Source of the DNA: Candidatus Caenarcanum bioreactoricola
GTDB taxonomy: Bacteria > Cyanobacteriota > Vampirovibrionia > Caenarcaniphilales > Caenarcanaceae
Length of the DNA stretch: 60,964 nucleotides
Direction of reading: 5' to 3'
Assembly: GCA_001899385.1 (NCBI GenBank)
Contig: MOYB01000001.1
Location: 124,173-185,136 of the forward strand
Positions 56,934-60,964 of the stretch are shown in pieces. The position numbers and the translations under genes are program-made. How positions within the stretch are numbered: position 1 is the first letter of the stretch; each line of letters starts with the position of its first letter. The notes beneath the pieces were generated by a model. That model did not search any database. It saw only the letters and a list, made by a program, of their open reading frames with translations, and was not told where the DNA came from.

Positions 56934-58499
56934 ATGATTTTAATATTAGATTTTGGCTCACAATACTCAGAATTAATTGCTAGAAGAATAAGAGAACTTA
57001 AAGTTTATTCTGAAGTATTTCATTATGAAACTCCTATTGAAGAAATAAAAAAATTTAATCCTAAAGGAATAATCTTATCTGGTGGTCCTTCAAGTGTATA
57101 TGAAGAAAATGCCCCTAAAATCGACCCAGAGATTTTTAATTTGAATATTCCAGTCCTTGGTATATGCTATGGAATGCAATTAATGATGATGAATACAGGA
57201 GGACAAGTCCAAGAAATGGGACAAGACAAAGGTGAATATGGTCGTGCAAAATTATATATCGATTCAAATCAAGATATTTTAAGTGGACTTGAAGATTCTT
57301 TTATTAGTTGGATGAGTCATGGTGATTCTGTTGTAAAAATCCCTGATGGTTTTAAAGTTATTGCACATACTGATAATACGCCTATTGCTGCAATCTCAAA
57401 TCAAGAAAAAAATCTTTATGGATTACAGTTTCATCCTGAAGTTATACATACTGAAAAAGGTATGGAAATATTAGCTAATTTTACTTATAAGATTTGTAAT
57501 TGTTCTGCTGAATGGACTACTGCTAAATTTATTGATAAAAGTATTGAAGAAATAAAAAATGAAGCAAAAGATGAAAGAATTCTTTTAGCACTTTCTGGTG
57601 GGGTTGATAGCTCTACTTTAGCTTTTCTTTTACATAAAGCAATAGGAGATAAACTTGTTTGTATTTTTATAGATCAAGGATTTATGCGTCATAAAGAAGC
57701 TGAAAGACTTATAATTACTTTTAAAGATCAGTTTAAAATTCCAGTGATTTATGTTGATGCTAAAAAACGCTTTATTGATAAATTAAAAGGTATAACTGAT
57801 CCTGAAGAAAAAAGAAAACGTATTGGTGAAGAGTTTATAAGAGTATTTGAAGAAGAATCAAAAAAATTAGGAGATATAAATTTCTTAGCACAAGGAACTT
57901 TATATTCTGATGTAATCGAATCTGCAGGCAGTAAGCATAGTTCCAAAAAACAAGGTTATCATAGTAATCCCGCTGCAAAAATAAAATCTCATCATAATGT
58001 GGGCGGACTTCCTGAAAATATGAAGTTTAAGCTTATAGAACCTTTTAGAATATTATTTAAAGATGAAGTAAGAAAAGTTGCCCAAGAACTTGCGGTGCCT
58101 GAACGTATAAGTAGAAGACATCCTTTCCCTGGACCTGGACTTGCAATAAGAATAATAGGTGAAGTAAATGAAGAAAGACTTCATATAGTAAGAATGGCAG
58201 ATGCTATTGTTAGAGAAGAAATTGCGGAAGCTGGTTTGTATAATAGTATTTGGCAAATATTTGCAGTACTTTTAGCTGAAATAAAATCAGTAGGGGTAAT
58301 GGGCGATAAAAGAACTTATGCTCACCCAATTGTAATAAGAGCAGTTAAAAGTGAAGATGGAATGACTGCTGATTGGGCTAAGATTCCTTATGAAGTCTTA
58401 GAAAAAATCTCAAATAGAATAATAAATGAAGTAAGTAATGTAAATAGAGTTGTTTATGATATTACTTCAAAACCCCCTGGAACAATAGAATGGGAATAA
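56934..58499 (+). CDS. guaA: GMP synthase (glutamine-hydrolysing)
   Basis: GATase ICYGMQ and HPE motifs, ATP-PPase SGGVDSS, C-terminal KPPGTIEWE. 521 aa. Confidence 0.95.
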   Translation: MILILDFGSQYSELIARRIRELKVYSEVFHYETPIEEIKKFNPKGIILSGGPSSVYEENAPKIDPEIFNLNIPVLGICYGMQLMMMNTGGQVQEMGQDKGEYGRAKLYIDSNQDILSGLEDSFISWMSHGDSVVKIPDGFKVIAHTDNTPIAAISNQEKNLYGLQFHPEVIHTEKGMEILANFTYKICNCSAEWTTAKFIDKSIEEIKNEAKDERILLALSGGVDSSTLAFLLHKAIGDKLVCIFIDQGFMRHKEAERLIITFKDQFKIPVIYVDAKKRFIDKLKGITDPEEKRKRIGEEFIRVFEEESKKLGDINFLAQGTLYSDVIESAGSKHSSKKQGYHSNPAAKIKSHHNVGGLPENMKFKLIEPFRILFKDEVRKVAQELAVPERISRRHPFPGPGLAIRIIGEVNEERLHIVRMADAIVREEIAEAGLYNSIWQIFAVLLAEIKSVGVMGDKRTYAHPIVIRAVKSEDGMTADWAKIPYEVLEKISNRIINEVSNVNRVVYDITSKPPGTIEWE

Positions 58500-58623
58500 A
58501 TGAATTTTATTATAACAAAATCTTATTGATACTATAATTTTTTTCTCTTATAAATATTTTAATATGCTAAACTATTTATTGAATTAATAATTTAAATATT
58601 ATTTTTTAGGGAGATATTTTAGT

Positions 58624-58812
58624 ATGTTAGTTAATTTAGGATCTTTTTTTCTTCCCACATTAGTTAAATTTTCAAGATTTTTAAAAATAGGTTTTAAATC
58701 TAGAAAACTTAAAAGTAATTATACTTTTCGTGAATTAAGAGATTTATTAATAAGAAGAGCAAAAACTCATCCAAGAACATCATCAACTGTTGTTTATGCT
58801 CCTTTTAAATAA
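58624..58812 (+). CDS. Small basic hypothetical protein (62 aa)
   Basis: ORF with GGGAGA 10 nt upstream of the ATG. No homology recognised. It may be spurious. Confidence 0.25.
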   Translation: MLVNLGSFFLPTLVKFSRFLKIGFKSRKLKSNYTFRELRDLLIRRAKTHPRTSSTVVYAPFK

Positions 58813-58821
58813 TTTTATTAA

Positions 58822-59001
58822 TTAAATTTTTTGAACTTTAGGTTCATCTATCTGTTCAATTTTTCTCCAAGATAAAGTACCTGTAATTAAATGACCTTGC
58901 CAACTTTCACCACTAGCTTTATTTAAAAGCACTGGTATGATATGACCATTTGATAGAGTAACTATAATAACTTCGAAATTCCCTTCAGGCTTATTTTCCA
59001 T
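58822..59001 (-). CDS. Small hypothetical protein (59 aa) downstream of metF, absent from the ORF track
   Basis: MENKPEGNFEVIIVTLSNGHIIPVLLNKASGESWQGHLITGTLSWRKIEQIDEPKVQKI. AGAGGA about 9 nt upstream of the ATG. Starts 48 nt after the metF stop. Confidence 0.35.
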   Translation of the reverse strand: MENKPEGNFEVIIVTLSNGHIIPVLLNKASGESWQGHLITGTLSWRKIEQIDEPKVQKI

Positions 59002-59049
59002 CTATCTATTTCCTCTATTTCTTTTATAAATAAGACAATAAAAATTTTA

Positions 59050-59940
59050 TCATGAGTTTTTAATTTTTTTTAATATTTCTTCACAATGTTTTTCTTGTCC
59101 TATTGGCATTAGGTGAATCCCTCTAAATTCTAAATTTTTAATTTCTTCAAAAAGTTCTGAAGCAATTTCAAGTCCTTCTTGTCTTTGATCTTTAGAATTT
59201 TCAAGTCTATTTATTAAATCCTTTGGAACAGTTACTCCATAAATTTTTTCATTCATAAAATTAGCCATTTTGACACTTTTTAAAGGAGTAATTCCAATAA
59301 ATATAGGAGTATAAATTTCTTGTTTAATAAGGGAATCTTTAAATCTCTTTAGTTGTTCTATATCATAAACTATTTGTGTTTGAAAAAATTCTATTCCATA
59401 ATTTTCTATTCTAGCTTTCATTTTTTCTGCTTGTGAAGTTAAATCTTCTACCCCCGGATGTGTTGCACAAGCTAAACATATATCATTAGTTATTTGTTTT
59501 TCTATATGATTATTTGCAAAATCAAAACCATTTGTAAATCTTTTAAAAACTTCTAATACATCATCTGTTGAAAATTCAAAAACATCTTTTGCCATAGGAT
59601 TATCACCCCATTTTGCACTATCACCTTTTAAAATCAAATAATTATGAATCTTTAGACCAAGTGCTCCTAAAACTTCTGCTTGAATAGCAATTGAATTCTT
59701 ATCACGACAAACCATTTGACAAATTGCTTCTATTCCGGTTTCTCTTTGTAAAAGATAAGAGGCAATAACTGAGTTCATACGCATATTACCACCTTGTCCA
59801 TCAGTTATATTTATTGCATGAACTAAGCCTTTAAGTGATTGAGCTATTTTGACTATACTATCGGTATCATAGCCTTTAGGGGGTGCAAGTTCACAAGTAA
59901 TTATAAATTCTTTTGATTTAAGTTTATTTTTGAAAGTCAT
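59050..59940 (-). CDS. metF: Methylenetetrahydrofolate reductase (MetF family)
   Basis: CELAPPKG N-terminal motif, ITDGQGG, CRDKN, TIM-barrel-length 296 aa. Confidence 0.75.
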   Translation of the reverse strand: MTFKNKLKSKEFIITCELAPPKGYDTDSIVKIAQSLKGLVHAINITDGQGGNMRMNSVIASYLLQRETGIEAICQMVCRDKNSIAIQAEVLGALGLKIHNYLILKGDSAKWGDNPMAKDVFEFSTDDVLEVFKRFTNGFDFANNHIEKQITNDICLACATHPGVEDLTSQAEKMKARIENYGIEFFQTQIVYDIEQLKRFKDSLIKQEIYTPIFIGITPLKSVKMANFMNEKIYGVTVPKDLINRLENSKDQRQEGLEIASELFEEIKNLEFRGIHLMPIGQEKHCEEILKKIKNS

Positions 59941-60057
59941 TTTTATTTAAATAAAGACATTATATTTTATAGCTATTCATAAAATATTTTAAGATAATTA
60001 ATTTAAAAATAGTAGAAAAATCTAAAAAATTAGTATTGCTTATTTTTAAATACAAAG

Positions 60058-60071
60058 ATTTTCTAGAAAAT
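60058..60071. promoter_or_regulatory. Perfect 14-bp palindrome ATTTTCTAGAAAAT upstream of metF
   Basis: Exact repeat of 40273..40286. About 118 nt upstream of the metF start codon. Confidence 0.3.
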
Positions 60072-60089
60072 ACTATTTTAAGATCGTTT

Positions 60090-60770
60090 TCATATTTCTC
60101 CTTTTAAAACTTGATTTGTTCTTAATTTTTGTAAAACATAATCTCTATTTTGTTTAATTGCATAATCTTTAGCATCTTTAGTTTCTGATAAAGCTTCCTT
60201 TATTATATTAAAAATTTGAAATTGAGCATTATAATCATCAACTCTTAAAAATAAATCTCTTAATAAATTAAATCTATTGAAATGGACAAAAGATCCTTTA
60301 TTTTCTAAACCAATTAATTCTTTCTTTATTTTAATGCCAATATTTTCAGGAGTTTCACTTTTTTCAACAAAATCTGATTTAAACATTGTATCAAGTATAG
60401 GTTCAGCTTTTAAAGCATTTGTATCTATAGGATCTCCAAAAAAGTCCTTTCCATTTTTCCAATCAAGAAAAGCTTCTCCTAATGTTTTATCTGGAATTGC
60501 TTTAATTATTTTATTAATAGACTTTTTATTTTGAAAAACACTCTTAGTATTTATGAATAAAGCATCAAAGAAAGCTTTTCCTTTATCATTTTTATCAATA
60601 TTATAAATAAAAGTATCTTGCCAAATTTCTTTCATAATATTTTCTTTAGGATTAAAAGATTTTACAAAGTAATCTTTTGCTTCTTTTATAGTAGGAATAA
60701 CTGTAGATTTGATTTTTCCTTTGCCCCAATTTATTAAAGCTTTAAAAGAAGAAGATAATATAGTTGTCAT
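60090..60770 (-). CDS. Hypothetical protein
   Basis: 226-aa ORF, no signal peptide, no recognised motif. Confidence 0.4.
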   Translation of the reverse strand: MTTILSSSFKALINWGKGKIKSTVIPTIKEAKDYFVKSFNPKENIMKEIWQDTFIYNIDKNDKGKAFFDALFINTKSVFQNKKSINKIIKAIPDKTLGEAFLDWKNGKDFFGDPIDTNALKAEPILDTMFKSDFVEKSETPENIGIKIKKELIGLENKGSFVHFNRFNLLRDLFLRVDDYNAQFQIFNIIKEALSETKDAKDYAIKQNRDYVLQKLRTNQVLKGEI

Positions 60771-60919
60771 TTTTTTTATTAAATTAGATTATTTTAAATA
60801 TAGAATAATTAATCTTTATTAAAAAGAAATTATTTGTCTTTACTTTTATGATCTGAATCATTAATTAATACTAAAAAGTAATCAAAGCATAACAAAAATT
60901 TAATTAAATTCTCTTTTTA

Positions 60920-60949
60920 GAAACCCCCCGACCCCCTTGACAGGGCATT
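60920..60949. repeat. GC-rich mini-element, diverged copy at the right window edge
   Basis: GAAACCCCCCGACCCCCTTGACAGGGCATT compared with GAAGCCCCCCAACCCCCTAAAGGGGGAGTA. Same C6-RA-C5 left half and a decayed right arm. Confidence 0.55.
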
Positions 60950-60964
60950 GCTAATTATATACTG

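Noticed and set aside
1999-58256. Short ORFs nested in or antisense to larger genes. Starts: 1999, 4921, 6051, 8513, 11093, 12554, 22286, 22799, 24062, 27777, 28371, 28635, 33215, 34582, 41560, 41921, 43171, 45298, 45862, 49188, 50116, 50690, 51555, 57749, 58053, 60277.
   Set aside because: All lie inside confidently identified or longer ORFs on the other strand or in another frame. They have low-complexity Phe/Ile/Leu/Lys/Ser-rich translations typical of AT-rich antisense frames.
59873-59889. CCTTTAGGGGGT inside metF, a 12-nt match to the mini-element core.
   Set aside because: It encodes the conserved MetF N-terminal PPKG motif (CELAPPKG) and lacks the second G6 run and flanks. It is most simply native coding sequence.

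Overview
This is an AT-rich bacterial chromosomal segment, roughly 25-30% GC by eye. It is densely coding and may be a complete contig. Lineage cannot be assigned from the sequence alone. TAA is the dominant stop codon, and TAG and TGA are also used as stops.

Housekeeping genes recognised by motifs: tilS, sppA, tRNA-Ala(GGC), miaB, recN, lepB, a truncated S10 ribosomal block (rpsJ-rplC-rplD-rplW), murF, hcp, rnj, a polyprenyl synthase, mnmE, a DAACS symporter, a U32 peptidase, mntP, ribBA, an RND pump, carB, guaA and metF.

Accessory content:
- a DinD plus MNT/HEPN toxin-antitoxin insertion next to recN
- an orphan island with two HExxH proteins and an isolated phage head-tail connector/adaptor pair
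- scattered flagellar genes (fliE, a FliM/FliN-type two-SpoA protein)
- a nonulosonic-acid-type glycosylation cluster (DegT aminotransferase, NeuA-like cytidylyltransferase, HP-motif glycosyltransferase)
- a 1037-aa RTX/cadherin-like/propeller-repeat protein
- a divergent pair of large orphan coiled-coil proteins

Most notable observations:
1. A family of about 30-nt GC-rich palindromic mini-elements (consensus TACTCCCCCTTTAGGGGGYTGGGGGGCT). Two copies are identical and 25 kb apart. Copies lie in-frame inside miaB, mnmE and the C-terminus of the polyprenyl synthase, exactly between rplW and lepB, and at both window ends.
2. Two otherwise intact genes (hcp and the RND pump) each carry a single in-frame TAA exactly where homologues have a conserved Gln.
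3. Several orphan gene clusters have no recognisable family assignment.

No CRISPR array, rRNA or transposase was seen.
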